A stretch of 64,000 nt of DNA from Candidatus Poribacteria bacterium (GTDB lineage Bacteria; Poribacteria; WGA-4E; WGA-3G). Of the stretch, positions 30,236 through 40,677 are shown piece after piece. The stretch spans positions 160,001 through 224,000 of the forward strand of contig CBDANF010000002.1 in assembly GCA_965197475.1 (NCBI GenBank), given 5' to 3'. The position numbers and the translations under genes are program-made. Numbering within the stretch: the stretch's first letter is position 1; the number at the start of each line of letters is the position of its first letter. The notes under the pieces are model-generated. The model saw only the letters and a list, made by a program, of their open reading frames with translations. It was not told the origin of the DNA and searched no databases.

Positions 30236-30961
30236 TCATTTTTTCTTATGCCACATCCGCTCAAAATTATCCTGTGGCTGAAATCCTAAAATCCGTTTCG
30301 TTTTGACATTTGAGAACTGCTGATGCGGCAAATCAGCGAAGATGTTAAAAATCTCACACCGTGATGGTAATTCCTCCAGATCAATTTCTAATCCTAACCG
30401 AAATGCCTCACCCGCATCCCGCCAACTCACCGCGAATGAATTTGTATCTGTTCCTTCCGCTGGGTCATCTGTCTCACGGAAATTGAGAAATAGGTAACAG
30501 AGAACATAGATGTCGTAATGTTCGGTGAAAACTTTACAGATTTCCTGCCCAAGTCCTTTCGTCAATGGATAAAGACCTGTGCTTGTCTTTGGTGGAACAT
30601 CTGGGTTAATCTCGTAATCCCAACTGGTATAGGCATCTCCTTGGATGGTGAAGTGGGGACCTGTGTTGATGACACGGCGGATACCGTGTTCAACAGCGGC
30701 GCGCATCGTGTTATATGCCCCACGTGTGCTAACATCAAATGCCAACTGCCGATCATGGCGAAGCACTGAGCAGTTGATAATAGTGTCCATTCCCTCTGCT
30801 GCTTGCATGACCTGATCTAATGAACCTACATCAATGTGCATCGATTCATGTTTTGTCTCAATGTCGTTGATGTCCGTTACACGCAAGGTGTAGTAGGGTT
30901 CCAATGCTTTGACAACGTGTGGTCCGAGGTATCCGTTGCCACCTAAAATCAGAACTTTCAT
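30236..30961 (-). CDS. NAD-dependent epimerase/dehydratase
   Basis: ILGGNGYLG, YPLTK. Confidence 0.85.
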   Translation of the reverse strand: MKVLILGGNGYLGPHVVKALEPYYTLRVTDINDIETKHESMHIDVGSLDQVMQAAEGMDTIINCSVLRHDRQLAFDVSTRGAYNTMRAAVEHGIRRVINTGPHFTIQGDAYTSWDYEINPDVPPKTSTGLYPLTKGLGQEICKVFTEHYDIYVLCYLFLNFRETDDPAEGTDTNSFAVSWRDAGEAFRLGLEIDLEELPSRCEIFNIFADLPHQQFSNVKTKRILGFQPQDNFERMWHKKK

Positions 30962-30998
30962 TTGTTATCTCCTCATGTTGTGTTGGCACACGGTGTGC

Positions 30999-31721
30999 TT
31001 ACTGTTTTGTCGGTGGCACAAATTGCGGATTGAATTTCAGGTGTCCCTTCGCTTTGCCGATGGAAAAACGTGAACCGGGGAATTCCGACTGGACGTGAAA
31101 GATACCCCATCTTGATGGTGCTTCAATTGCACCTTGAAAGGCAGCAACCGCATCATTTATTTCAAGCCACATTGAGTTGAACTCCACACCAGCTGCTTCT
31201 TCAGCAGTGGTAATAGCACCGAGTCGGAGGCATGTTACATTGATCTTCCCTTCGCGAGCAAATTCTCGGCAAGTGAATTCGCCAAGGTGCTTTGAAAGCA
31301 CAAAACTATCCATACTCGGACGCGGTCTCCAATTCTCTTTAACGGTCCAATCTTCACCATGTTGCTCAAACAAACGGAGTGTGCTGGCATAAATGCAGTG
31401 TTTCACACCTTCTGCAGCTGCAGCCATTAACAGGTTATAGGTGCAACGCGTCTGATAATCAATCTCAAAGTTTTCTGGTTGGTTGACCTTTGCTAAAATA
31501 TTTGGAGGAATTTCGGCAATATGGACAATAGCGTCCAGACCTTGCATCAATTCGTTTGTTGACTCGTCGTGTCCTAAATTGCTCTGAACAAATTCGCATC
31601 CTGATACGTTGGTGGTATCAATAGGTTCAAGTTCTGTTAGTCGGATCGTATGTGATTCTGCTGTGGCTGCCGCTAATCTGCGCGCCAATTCGGAACCAGC
31701 CGAGGTAATCAAAACGTTCAT
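30999..31721 (-). CDS. NAD-dependent epimerase/dehydratase-like protein with degenerate motifs
   Basis: ITSAGSELA, IYAST, FVLSK in place of YxxxK. Confidence 0.75.
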   Translation of the reverse strand: MNVLITSAGSELARRLAAATAESHTIRLTELEPIDTTNVSGCEFVQSNLGHDESTNELMQGLDAIVHIAEIPPNILAKVNQPENFEIDYQTRCTYNLLMAAAAEGVKHCIYASTLRLFEQHGEDWTVKENWRPRPSMDSFVLSKHLGEFTCREFAREGKINVTCLRLGAITTAEEAAGVEFNSMWLEINDAVAAFQGAIEAPSRWGIFHVQSEFPGSRFSIGKAKGHLKFNPQFVPPTKQ

Positions 31722-31758
31722 AAGAATCTCTCTTAAAATTAGGGTTGTTAGATTAGTT

Positions 31759-32166
31759 CTATAAAACCTCTCGAATTTTCGCTGCAATATTACTAATTTC
31801 TTCTGTATTTACTTCTCTCGGTTGCCACGGAGGTCTCAACGGGTCTCCTTCCCATCTCGGAATGATGTGCAGATGGAAATGGAAAACCGTCTGAAATCCC
31901 GCTGCTTCGTTATTTTGGACCAGGTTGAGACCATCGGGGTTTAAAGCCTCACGGATCGCTGCTGCAAGCGGTATCGTGGCTTCCATAATTTTACTGCCTA
32001 TCTCCGCGGGCAAATCAAAGATATTTCGATAGTGTTGCTTCGGTATAACCACAAGATGTCCAGGGTTCGCGGGGGCAATATCCATAAAAGCGAAGACGTG
32101 TTCGTCTTCATACACTGTCGCAGAGGGAATTTTACCTTCAGCAATCGCACAAAAGATACATTCCAT
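31759..32166 (-). CDS. HIT family hydrolase
   Basis: CIFC, QTVFHFHLHIIPR. Confidence 0.95.
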   Translation of the reverse strand: MECIFCAIAEGKIPSATVYEDEHVFAFMDIAPANPGHLVVIPKQHYRNIFDLPAEIGSKIMEATIPLAAAIREALNPDGLNLVQNNEAAGFQTVFHFHLHIIPRWEGDPLRPPWQPREVNTEEISNIAAKIREVL

Positions 32167-32658
32167 TAATTCGTATCCTCACAAGAATTTTGAGTTATTT
32201 TAGCAAATATAAATTAGAATATCAACCATAAATATAGGAGTCAGAGCCATTCAATGGTCGCGAACTGCTCTTGTGGGAGGGTTTTCTAAGCCCAATTTCC
32301 AGTCAGAGGGCACCCTTTCAACGCCTTATGCGCGTGGCAGAATGCGCTTTTGGCATTCTGCATGATTCGGCGGGCACAGGGACCCCGTCCTATAGTAGAA
32401 AAACGCGACGCACGCTTCGTCCATTGAACCTATGTGACAAAATATTTACCCATCCTATTTGATTTGACATTTTTAGTCTTTTATGGTATTTTATAATGAG
32501 TACTGTTGAAAAGTTCGCATTTTCACGACACGAATCGTCTGATAAATCAGATAAGGCAAGGATATAATTTCTGGTACTATATCTGGTTAATTCATTTTAA
32601 AGACTAAGTCTTATGAACTGACATGATTTAAGTTATTGAGGAGGAACACAAGGGTTTT

Positions 32659-33861
32659 ATGAAAAATCTCAAAATTATTCCACTGATTCTAATCTTATTC
32701 ACCTGTTTTGCTTGTGACACGAAACAGAAAGGCCCTAGCCACTTGACGGTAGGGAGAGATAAACTCAATAATGGGTTTGCAATTGAAGCAGTTAATTATC
32801 TCATAGAGGCAGAAAAAAAAGAGGAGGATAAGGCGGAACCGCGAGCACTGCTCGTGATTGCATACTCACATGGGCTATCCTCAGATGTTGCGAAGACGCA
32901 AGGGCTTGAAGCAGAATATAAAAAACAGAGAACTGAAAGAATAGCTGCCTTGAATGAAGCAGAGATAAATAAAATGATCGAAATTCTCAGCAAACGTTCG
33001 GAGGTCCAGCAAGATGGCTTTCAAGCATTGGTCGAAAAGGGAACAGATGCCGCAGTTTTACTAATTGATAACCTTGCCAAAGGTTCATATCCAGAAATAC
33101 ACAATAATTTTATTTCGGCACTTGAAGATATGGGATCTAAGGCGATTGATCCTATCTTGGATAGAGTTACCGATGTAGAGGTGACTCCCGAAGTGAAAAT
33201 AAAACTAATTCGGGTGATTGGTGAAATTGGCGATAAGAAGGCGGTTGAGAAGTTAAAATCCATTGACATGACGAACATTGATGTTGCGCTGAAAATGGCA
33301 ATTTACACGACCCTCTATAGGCTCGGTGATAGTAGTCATAAGTCGAAGATACTCATAGGACTAACCGCAAATGAGGTTGAGGTCCGACGTGCTGCAGCAA
33401 AATCTATGGCTAACCTCAAGAAGGTTAACACCGCCACGCTCATCACAGCTCTTAAAGACGGTGATTCGCAAGTAGTTACTGACATTGCAAAGGCACTCGC
33501 TGTCCACAAAACCAAAAATGCTGTTGAACCGCTCGTAAATATCCTCAAGAGTGAGCATAGTCCGGATGCAAAGAAAGAGGTATTAGATACACTTACTGAG
33601 TATGCTGAAATTGGAGGTGAGCTCAAAAAAGGGTTAGCGAGACGCATCTGTTTCCTGCTCATCAGTAAAGAAATAAGCAATTCGCAAACTCGGGTTCGGC
33701 TTGTCCATTTTTTGAAGCATCCTGTGTTAGTAAAGCAGCTAAAAGCAGCAAGTTTGCTTGATGGCCTTGATTCAAAACTCTACAACTATGTCCAAACTGA
33801 TGAGGACAGCGATTTCGTGAAGACAGAAATCCATGACCTTCTTAACATGATTAGAAAATAG
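32659..33861 (+). CDS. HEAT-repeat lipoprotein
   Basis: Lipobox FAC; VRRAAAKSM, ALKDGDSQV. Confidence 0.75.
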   Translation: MKNLKIIPLILILFTCFACDTKQKGPSHLTVGRDKLNNGFAIEAVNYLIEAEKKEEDKAEPRALLVIAYSHGLSSDVAKTQGLEAEYKKQRTERIAALNEAEINKMIEILSKRSEVQQDGFQALVEKGTDAAVLLIDNLAKGSYPEIHNNFISALEDMGSKAIDPILDRVTDVEVTPEVKIKLIRVIGEIGDKKAVEKLKSIDMTNIDVALKMAIYTTLYRLGDSSHKSKILIGLTANEVEVRRAAAKSMANLKKVNTATLITALKDGDSQVVTDIAKALAVHKTKNAVEPLVNILKSEHSPDAKKEVLDTLTEYAEIGGELKKGLARRICFLLISKEISNSQTRVRLVHFLKHPVLVKQLKAASLLDGLDSKLYNYVQTDEDSDFVKTEIHDLLNMIRK

Positions 33862-33907
33862 AGTGTTAGATGGATACGAATCTATGTGTTCAGATGAGTT
33901 TATATAG

Positions 33908-33932
33908 CCTCTCTCATAAATTATGAGAGAGG
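33908..33932. terminator. Stem-loop after the first HEAT gene
   Basis: CCTCTCTCATA-AAT-TATGAGAGAGG; weak U-tract. Confidence 0.45.
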
Positions 33933-34019
33933 TTCGGATTTTGTTTAGTAAAGGGAACACCTATGTATGCGTTATATATTTTGCGCTTCTAACGCAATCA
34001 GTGCTAAATTAAAATTTTC

Positions 34020-34048
34020 TTGACACAAAAATGTATCTGTTTTATCAT
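34020..34048 (+). promoter_or_regulatory. Sigma70-type promoter
   Basis: TTGACA-17 nt-TATCAT. Confidence 0.6.
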
Positions 34049-34159
34049 ATTTAAAAATGCTATTTGCCTCGGACTCCTGAGGAGATAATTTTATCCGAAT
34101 CTACACAATATATCGGATTTCGCATTTACGTTGATGTTAGGAGGAAAAACGAACGTAAC

Positions 34160-35377
34160 ATGAAAAAACTTATAACGATATGCCTCTTTTTAATATGGGT
34201 TGTGTCGTTTGGCTGTAAGCGGGAACAAATTATTCCTGAAATTCGAGTGGGCAGAGAGAAGTTGGTAGGAGCTGGTCTGGCAATTGAAGCAGTTGAACAT
34301 CTCAAACGAGCAGAAATAGATGAGGAAAATAAGGATGAACCCCGAGCACTCTTGCTCATTGCTTATAGTCATGCACTCTCTGAGAACACTGCGTGGTTAA
34401 AAAATAACAATTTGGAAACTGAATTTCGGGACGAACGAGCCCGGAGACTTGCTGAACTGAACACCTCTGAGATGCAGGAAATTTTTCGGATTCTTAATGA
34501 GAGGCATCGCGTTCAAAAGGACGCTAGACAAATCCTAATTGATAAAGGCGACTCTGTCATTCCCCCCATTTTGAAGAGTTTAATTGGGAATAAGTATTCC
34601 AATGCCCACAACGATTTTACATATATCCTTACGCAGATTGGAACCAAAGGTCTTGATGAACTCTTGATGGCAGTTGATGCCGCAGCTACACCAACCTCCG
34701 TTAAGGTCAAATTAATCCAAATTATAGGAGATATAGGAGACGTTTCCGCTCAAGAAAAATTAGAATCTCTAAAAAACACAGTTACGGATGCTGGCTTACA
34801 GATGGAGATTAATGTTGCACTCTATCAACTCGGTAATAAAGTATACCAGAAAGGCATTGAGGCAGGTTTAAACGATAATAACCTTGTTGCACGCCAAGCC
34901 GCTGCGAGATCGATGATATTGCTCAATAAACCTTCTACTTCCAAAATGGTAAATGCGCTCAAAGATACCGAAGGTCAAGTACAGGAAGACATCGCAAAAG
35001 CACTACAAAAACACGTTGACCCGAACGCTGTAGACAATCTTGTTGATATACTCACTAACGATTCGGGTAATAATACGAAGCAGGCTGTTATGGAGACTTT
35101 AAATCATTATGTTGAAAAAGGACTCGCAGATGGATTAGCACCACGTCTAATTGTCTTATTGACAGGTACTGAAATCGTTGAACACGAAGATAGACTTCGT
35201 ATCGTTCAACTTCTTAGTAAACCTGCACTGATAAAGCAAATTCAAGCAGCGGACATTTTTGATAATTTGCCGCATAAACTTTTTCAGTACTATGATACTA
35301 AGGAAAGCAACTCAATGGTCAAAGATGAGCTTAACACGCTACTTCTTGAACTTGATAAAGGTGAACTTAAAGAATAA
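34160..35377 (+). CDS. HEAT-repeat lipoprotein, paralogue of the upstream gene
   Basis: Lipobox FGC; shares VGR.KL..G.AIEAV and EPRALL.IAYSH.LS. Confidence 0.75.
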   Translation: MKKLITICLFLIWVVSFGCKREQIIPEIRVGREKLVGAGLAIEAVEHLKRAEIDEENKDEPRALLLIAYSHALSENTAWLKNNNLETEFRDERARRLAELNTSEMQEIFRILNERHRVQKDARQILIDKGDSVIPPILKSLIGNKYSNAHNDFTYILTQIGTKGLDELLMAVDAAATPTSVKVKLIQIIGDIGDVSAQEKLESLKNTVTDAGLQMEINVALYQLGNKVYQKGIEAGLNDNNLVARQAAARSMILLNKPSTSKMVNALKDTEGQVQEDIAKALQKHVDPNAVDNLVDILTNDSGNNTKQAVMETLNHYVEKGLADGLAPRLIVLLTGTEIVEHEDRLRIVQLLSKPALIKQIQAADIFDNLPHKLFQYYDTKESNSMVKDELNTLLLELDKGELKE

Positions 35378-35485
35378 GTAGAAATGTGTTAATCACGGAT
35401 TATCATAACGCTTTTGTAGGAATTACCACAATCGTTGCACTCTTCTCCGATAGTTGTGTTTTCATCACTCATAAGGAGAAATTCC

Positions 35486-36655
35486 ATGCAGAACTATCCA
35501 ACTGACATCAAGATTACCAAAATTGAGCAGGTTACAGTTGAGATTGACCAACCTGCCATCGGTTGTAACTCTGGCGCGAAAGAGATAAAACAACCTGATC
35601 CAAATGGGCAGTGGCAGGAACGGATAACTTGCATTTATACAAACGATGGGACACTCGGTTGGGGAGCGACAAGTTGGGGCGCAACGACTCCTGAGGAAGC
35701 CAAAGGTGCTCTAAATAAAAATCCTTTCGATCTACTGAATCCGGAAGATGGAGTAGTTGAGGAATTTCGTGGACTCGAAAACGCCTTATGGGATACTATC
35801 GGTAAAATCCTTGAAAAACCCGCCTATAAGCTCATGGGGACTGACTCCTACGGTGATGGATTGCCCGCTTACGATAGCACGATCTATTTCAATGATCTAC
35901 TCTATGGAACGAAAGCAGAAGGCCTGAAACGGATTGAGAATGATGTCAAGCAAAGTTTGGCAGATGGGTTTACCGCATGTAAAATGAAAGTGGGACGCGG
36001 AAATCATCTCATGGAGCGCAAAGCCGGACTTGAACGAGACATAGAAGTTGTCCAACTTGCTCGCAGCACTGCTGGAGAAGGTTTCAATATCCTTGTTGAT
36101 GCAAATAACGCGTATACTTATGATGAGGTCATTACTTTCCTGAACGAGACAGGCAATTGCGATGTTTTTTGGATAGAAGAGATGTTTGAAGAGGATGTTG
36201 AATTGTATCGCAACTTAAAGGCTTTTATCCAAGAAAAAGGCTTGAATACGCTCATCGCCGATGGCGAAACCCGTACCCGCGCGCCTCTTGAATTCTACGA
36301 TCCATTCTTTGAAGCGGGTGTAATTGATGTTATCCAGCATGATATGAAGGGGCTTGGTGTTACAGGTTGGAGACGGCTCTCCAATATGGCTGCTGCACAT
36401 AATGTCAAATGCGCACCACATAACTGGGGTTCTCTGCTCGGTTTTTTCCTCAGCCTCCAATTCGCAAAGACGATTCCGCATTTTCTCTACGGTGAAGTCG
36501 CAACCCTAACTAGTGATGTAATTGATACCTCTGGGTATGGATTTGCCGATGGAACATTCACAGTGCCTGACATGCCCGGTCTCGGTTTGGAACTCAATCA
36601 AGATGTTTACGATGCGCGCTACGCTGGTAACGAGGATTGGCAGATCGCAACGTAG
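35486..36655 (+). CDS. Mandelate racemase / enolase superfamily enzyme
   Basis: ALWD..GK, KMKVG, VDAN, WIEE, DGE, APHNW, PGLG. Confidence 0.85.
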   Translation: MQNYPTDIKITKIEQVTVEIDQPAIGCNSGAKEIKQPDPNGQWQERITCIYTNDGTLGWGATSWGATTPEEAKGALNKNPFDLLNPEDGVVEEFRGLENALWDTIGKILEKPAYKLMGTDSYGDGLPAYDSTIYFNDLLYGTKAEGLKRIENDVKQSLADGFTACKMKVGRGNHLMERKAGLERDIEVVQLARSTAGEGFNILVDANNAYTYDEVITFLNETGNCDVFWIEEMFEEDVELYRNLKAFIQEKGLNTLIADGETRTRAPLEFYDPFFEAGVIDVIQHDMKGLGVTGWRRLSNMAAAHNVKCAPHNWGSLLGFFLSLQFAKTIPHFLYGEVATLTSDVIDTSGYGFADGTFTVPDMPGLGLELNQDVYDARYAGNEDWQIAT

Positions 36656-36732
36656 TAGGTACAATTTATAAAATTGGTAAGGAAACGAATTGATAAGGAG
36701 GAGTTTTATAACTTTCTAAAAACTAAGGTGAT

Positions 36733-38709
36733 ATGACTTTGAATTTATTTGGCTATCCCAATGAAGACTACCTTACCTACAAAGAAGTCTCAGAAGTTTT
36801 AGGGGTTTCTACCGCAACCGTTAGAAATTGGGTAAAACTGGGGCACATTAAGCCAGCAGCGATTCATTTAAGTAATAGATTTCTAAGCTCTCACATAGAA
36901 GAGATTAGAAGTAAAATTACTAATGGCTCTCTTGCCAAACTCAATAAACGTGCAAATAAAGGAAACTCTATCTCTAAGATTATCCCTACAGAATATGCAG
37001 ATAATCGTGAAGTATTTGAGTCTATTTTAAAAATTACTGAACTTTTTAAAAAATATAATCTTGATAGGGATACAGTGCTGCTTGTAACTGCTATGAATTT
37101 ACTAAGGCAGATTGGCTTAATTAAAGATACACAAGATTTATCCCTTAATCGTATCAACTATACTAATGATATAGTAAAAGCTGAAATAGAAGATTGGTTG
37201 CATAGCAAAAAAGGCAGGCAAATCACAAAACATTATGATGATATTTTTGATGTTAAAATCCCGACAAACTGTGATTTCTTAGGGTTACTGCATCAGTCAC
37301 TACTAAATGAGGGCGAGAGGGTAAAAACTGGCTTATATTACACACCAAAACATATTGTCGATGAGGTAGTTAAGCAAAATATAAAAAGCAGCCATACTGT
37401 CCTTGACCCTTGCTGTGGTACTGGTCAGTTTTTGCTTTTAGCTTCTGAAAAAATAGATAATCCATCTCATCTATGGGGTTTTGATATTGACAAAAGTGCT
37501 GTTAGACTTGCAAAGATAAATCTTTTTTTAAAGTTTCCAAAACATAGATTTAAACCAAACATTTATTACAAAAATTCATTACTAGAAGATGGTGAAGGTA
37601 TCCCCAACTTTGATTTAGTTATAACAAATCCGCCTTGGGGATCCCATTTCTCTAAAGATGAAGAGTTGTTACTAAAAAAGAAATACCAAGATATTAAGTC
37701 AAACGAGGCGTTTGCATATTTTCTCAAAGTGGGTATTGGATTTTTGAAAGAGGGTGGCACGCTTTCGTTTATCTTACCCGAGTCAATCCTAAACATTAAA
37801 ATCCATAAAGATATTAGGGAAAAAATCCTTAAGCAAACTACAATTAAAAAAATTAAACACCTTGGTCGTCCGTTTAATGGGGTTTTTACAAATGTAGTTC
37901 GAATAGACTTGGTAAATAAAAAAGCAGACAAAAATTCTTTCATTGCGGAAAAAGAAAATTTACTATTTCATCCTGAGCAAATACGATTATTATCAAATAA
38001 AGATTTTATCTTTGATGTTTTTACAGACACAAGTGATTATGTGTTGACAGATAAGGTGTTTTCTGTCAAACATAGTACGTTAAAAGATAATGCAATATGG
38101 GCTCTTGGTATTGTTACTGGTGACAATAAAAAACACCTACAAGAAAACAAAAGTAGTGACTTAGAACCAATCCTAACTGGTAAGGACATCAAAAGATTTT
38201 GCCCGAATAAACCAAGTAAATTTATTCGGTTTATACCAGATAAGTTTCAACAAGTTGCACCAGAAGAAAAATATCGAGCAAAAGAAAAATTGCTATATAA
38301 GTTTATTTCTAAGCAATTAGTTTTTGCTTATGATGATAGGCAAACCCTCACCCTTAACAGTGCTAATGTATTGATACCAACAATATCTAATTACCCTATT
38401 AAAACAATTTTGGCGTTGTTTAATTCAACCCTATATCAATTTATCTTTGAAAAGAAGTTTGGTGCTATAAAAGTACTTAGAAGCCACATTGAGCAATTAC
38501 CTTTGCCCGATATTAGCAAAAGAGAACATATGAGGTTTGAAAAGTTGGTAGACGAACTGCTAAAAAAAGATCTTGGTATAGAAGAGCGTAAAAGTCTATA
38601 CAAGAAGTTGGATGATGAGGTTATGAGTTTATTTTCTTTAGATGAACAAGAAAAGGAGCGTATATATAACGGAGTGAGCGTATCAGATAAATTACTAGAA
38701 ATAAATTAA
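36733..38709 (+). CDS. N6-adenine DNA methyltransferase (gamma class, TaqI-like TRD) with N-terminal HTH
   Basis: EVSEVLGVSTATVRNWVK HTH; GLYYTP, LDPCCGTGQF, NPPW. Confidence 0.9.
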   Translation: MTLNLFGYPNEDYLTYKEVSEVLGVSTATVRNWVKLGHIKPAAIHLSNRFLSSHIEEIRSKITNGSLAKLNKRANKGNSISKIIPTEYADNREVFESILKITELFKKYNLDRDTVLLVTAMNLLRQIGLIKDTQDLSLNRINYTNDIVKAEIEDWLHSKKGRQITKHYDDIFDVKIPTNCDFLGLLHQSLLNEGERVKTGLYYTPKHIVDEVVKQNIKSSHTVLDPCCGTGQFLLLASEKIDNPSHLWGFDIDKSAVRLAKINLFLKFPKHRFKPNIYYKNSLLEDGEGIPNFDLVITNPPWGSHFSKDEELLLKKKYQDIKSNEAFAYFLKVGIGFLKEGGTLSFILPESILNIKIHKDIREKILKQTTIKKIKHLGRPFNGVFTNVVRIDLVNKKADKNSFIAEKENLLFHPEQIRLLSNKDFIFDVFTDTSDYVLTDKVFSVKHSTLKDNAIWALGIVTGDNKKHLQENKSSDLEPILTGKDIKRFCPNKPSKFIRFIPDKFQQVAPEEKYRAKEKLLYKFISKQLVFAYDDRQTLTLNSANVLIPTISNYPIKTILALFNSTLYQFIFEKKFGAIKVLRSHIEQLPLPDISKREHMRFEKLVDELLKKDLGIEERKSLYKKLDDEVMSLFSLDEQEKERIYNGVSVSDKLLEIN

Positions 38710-38713
38710 AAGC

Positions 38714-39451
38714 ATGGATGACTTAAAACAAAAACTGAATCAACTTATAGAAGAACTTTCTGAAGATAAAAAACAGGTAATTAGAAATAGACTGGATGAC
38801 CTAGTATCGGTTTACCCATTTAATGAGTATGAATACATAATTTCATCTTTAGTGGGGTTCGGAAAGATAACTCTGGATGATTACTATGAGATTAGAGATG
38901 ATTACATATCACGTAATGCGTATCTAAAATTATTCGAGATTACATCACCAAGAACTTTTGGAGAAAAGTGGGCACAAGGGCAACTTATGTCTCTTGAGCC
39001 AGACTTTTTAAAACCAACAAAGAAGCTTGATGAAAATTATAGTGGTGAGTACGACCTTGTATTACCATACGGAGACGAAGTTATAAAAATTGAAGTAAAA
39101 GCTTCTAGAGTCGTGCACGCAAAGAGCAAAGAACCACTATACGTAAAAGCTCTATCTTACGAAAGCCTCCATCCATTTTTAATGAATTTCCAACAAATAA
39201 AACCTGCGTGTGCTGATGTGTTTATCTGGATTGCTGTATGGAAAGATGTTATTAAATACTGGGTCATTTCTTCTACTGAAGTAGAAAACAACAAGTACTA
39301 TTCTAAGGTGCAGCACCGAGGGAATATTGGTGAGGGTCAATTACATATCACAGATGACAACATTGAAGAGTTTGTACAATATGAGTGCAATCCCACAGAG
39401 TTAAGACAAACCGTTATTGATGCCTATGAAAGACAAATGAATATTAAATAA
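38714..39451 (+). CDS. Putative type II restriction endonuclease (PD-(D/E)XK)
   Basis: FGEKWA, YDL...IEVKASR, FQQIK; directly after the MTase; AT-rich. Confidence 0.75.
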   Translation: MDDLKQKLNQLIEELSEDKKQVIRNRLDDLVSVYPFNEYEYIISSLVGFGKITLDDYYEIRDDYISRNAYLKLFEITSPRTFGEKWAQGQLMSLEPDFLKPTKKLDENYSGEYDLVLPYGDEVIKIEVKASRVVHAKSKEPLYVKALSYESLHPFLMNFQQIKPACADVFIWIAVWKDVIKYWVISSTEVENNKYYSKVQHRGNIGEGQLHITDDNIEEFVQYECNPTELRQTVIDAYERQMNIK

Positions 39452-39578
39452 ATTATTTTAGTAATCAATGTAGCATGAGTATCCACAGAAGAAAGAAATT
39501 GTAACTTATTACCTGCTTAAACATAACGTATTCAGTGATAGTAGGCATACTCCGCATGCTGAAATCTCAGGTAATCCC

Positions 39579-40661
39579 ATGAAAAAAGTTCTCGTCGCAA
39601 TGAGCGGTGGTGTAGATAGTTCCGTTACTGCTGCCATGATGGTTGATGCTGGTTATGATGTCACTGGCATCACCATGCGCCTCGGTGCGCCCGATACAAT
39701 TGAGGTGGAACCTGAACGTCCCAATTGCTGTTCCCTTGAAGGCATTGAGGACGCACGACGTGTTGCCACCCAACTCGGAATCCCGTTTTACGGCGTGAAT
39801 TACGAAGATATTTTCCGAGAACAGATCATTGATTACTTTGTTGCAGAATATCTCGTCGGGAGAACACCGAGTCCCTGCATGGTATGTAACCGAGAACTCA
39901 AGTTTGGCAAACTCCTTGACCTCGCAAAAACTTTGGAATGTGATGCTATCGCTACCGGCCATTATGCCCGAATTGAACAACATCCTGAGACTGGACGTTT
40001 TCTCTTACGCAAGTCACTTGATGTTAGCAAGGATCAGTCCTATTTCCTTGCTGCGCTGACGCAGGATCAGTTGCGATGTGCGATGATGCCCCTTGGTGAA
40101 TACACGAAAGCCGAAGTGCGTGATCTTGCGCGTAAGTATCAGTTGCGAACCGCTGAAAAAGTCGAAAGCCAAGAACTCTGCTTTGTTGCGGATACTAATT
40201 ATAGACGATTCCTCCAAGACAGAATTCCCGAAAAAATTGAAAGTGGCGATATTATTGACAAGGATGGCAAAGTTCTCGGCAGACACCAAGGTGTACCATT
40301 TTATACTGTTGGGCAACGACGCGGTCTCGGTATAGCAGTTGGTAAACCCCTCTATGTGACGCAGCTTAATGCTTCTGAGAATACTGTTGTTGTCGGAGAA
40401 CCGGACGATCTCCTTGAGGACACTATGCATGTAGAACGTATCAACCTTATCTCCATAAAGAAGTTGACAGAACCGATCCGAGCACTTGTCAAAATACGTT
40501 CTCGTGATGATGGTGGTCTCACGACAATCTCTCCTATCAGCGACACAGAAGCGGTTGTTCAATTTGACGAACCGCGGCGTGCAATTACCCCCGGACAAGC
40601 CACCGTTTTCTACGATGGTGAATACGTCATCGGCGGCGGCTGGATCAAAACATCTTTGTAG
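39579..40661 (+). CDS. mnmA: tRNA-specific 2-thiouridylase
   Basis: AMSGGVDS, PSPCM.CN, ATGHY, KDQSYFL, ESQELCF, YTVGQRRGLG, TPGQ. Confidence 0.97.
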   Translation: MKKVLVAMSGGVDSSVTAAMMVDAGYDVTGITMRLGAPDTIEVEPERPNCCSLEGIEDARRVATQLGIPFYGVNYEDIFREQIIDYFVAEYLVGRTPSPCMVCNRELKFGKLLDLAKTLECDAIATGHYARIEQHPETGRFLLRKSLDVSKDQSYFLAALTQDQLRCAMMPLGEYTKAEVRDLARKYQLRTAEKVESQELCFVADTNYRRFLQDRIPEKIESGDIIDKDGKVLGRHQGVPFYTVGQRRGLGIAVGKPLYVTQLNASENTVVVGEPDDLLEDTMHVERINLISIKKLTEPIRALVKIRSRDDGGLTTISPISDTEAVVQFDEPRRAITPGQATVFYDGEYVIGGGWIKTSL

Positions 40662-40677
40662 CACAAATCCCGTGGCA

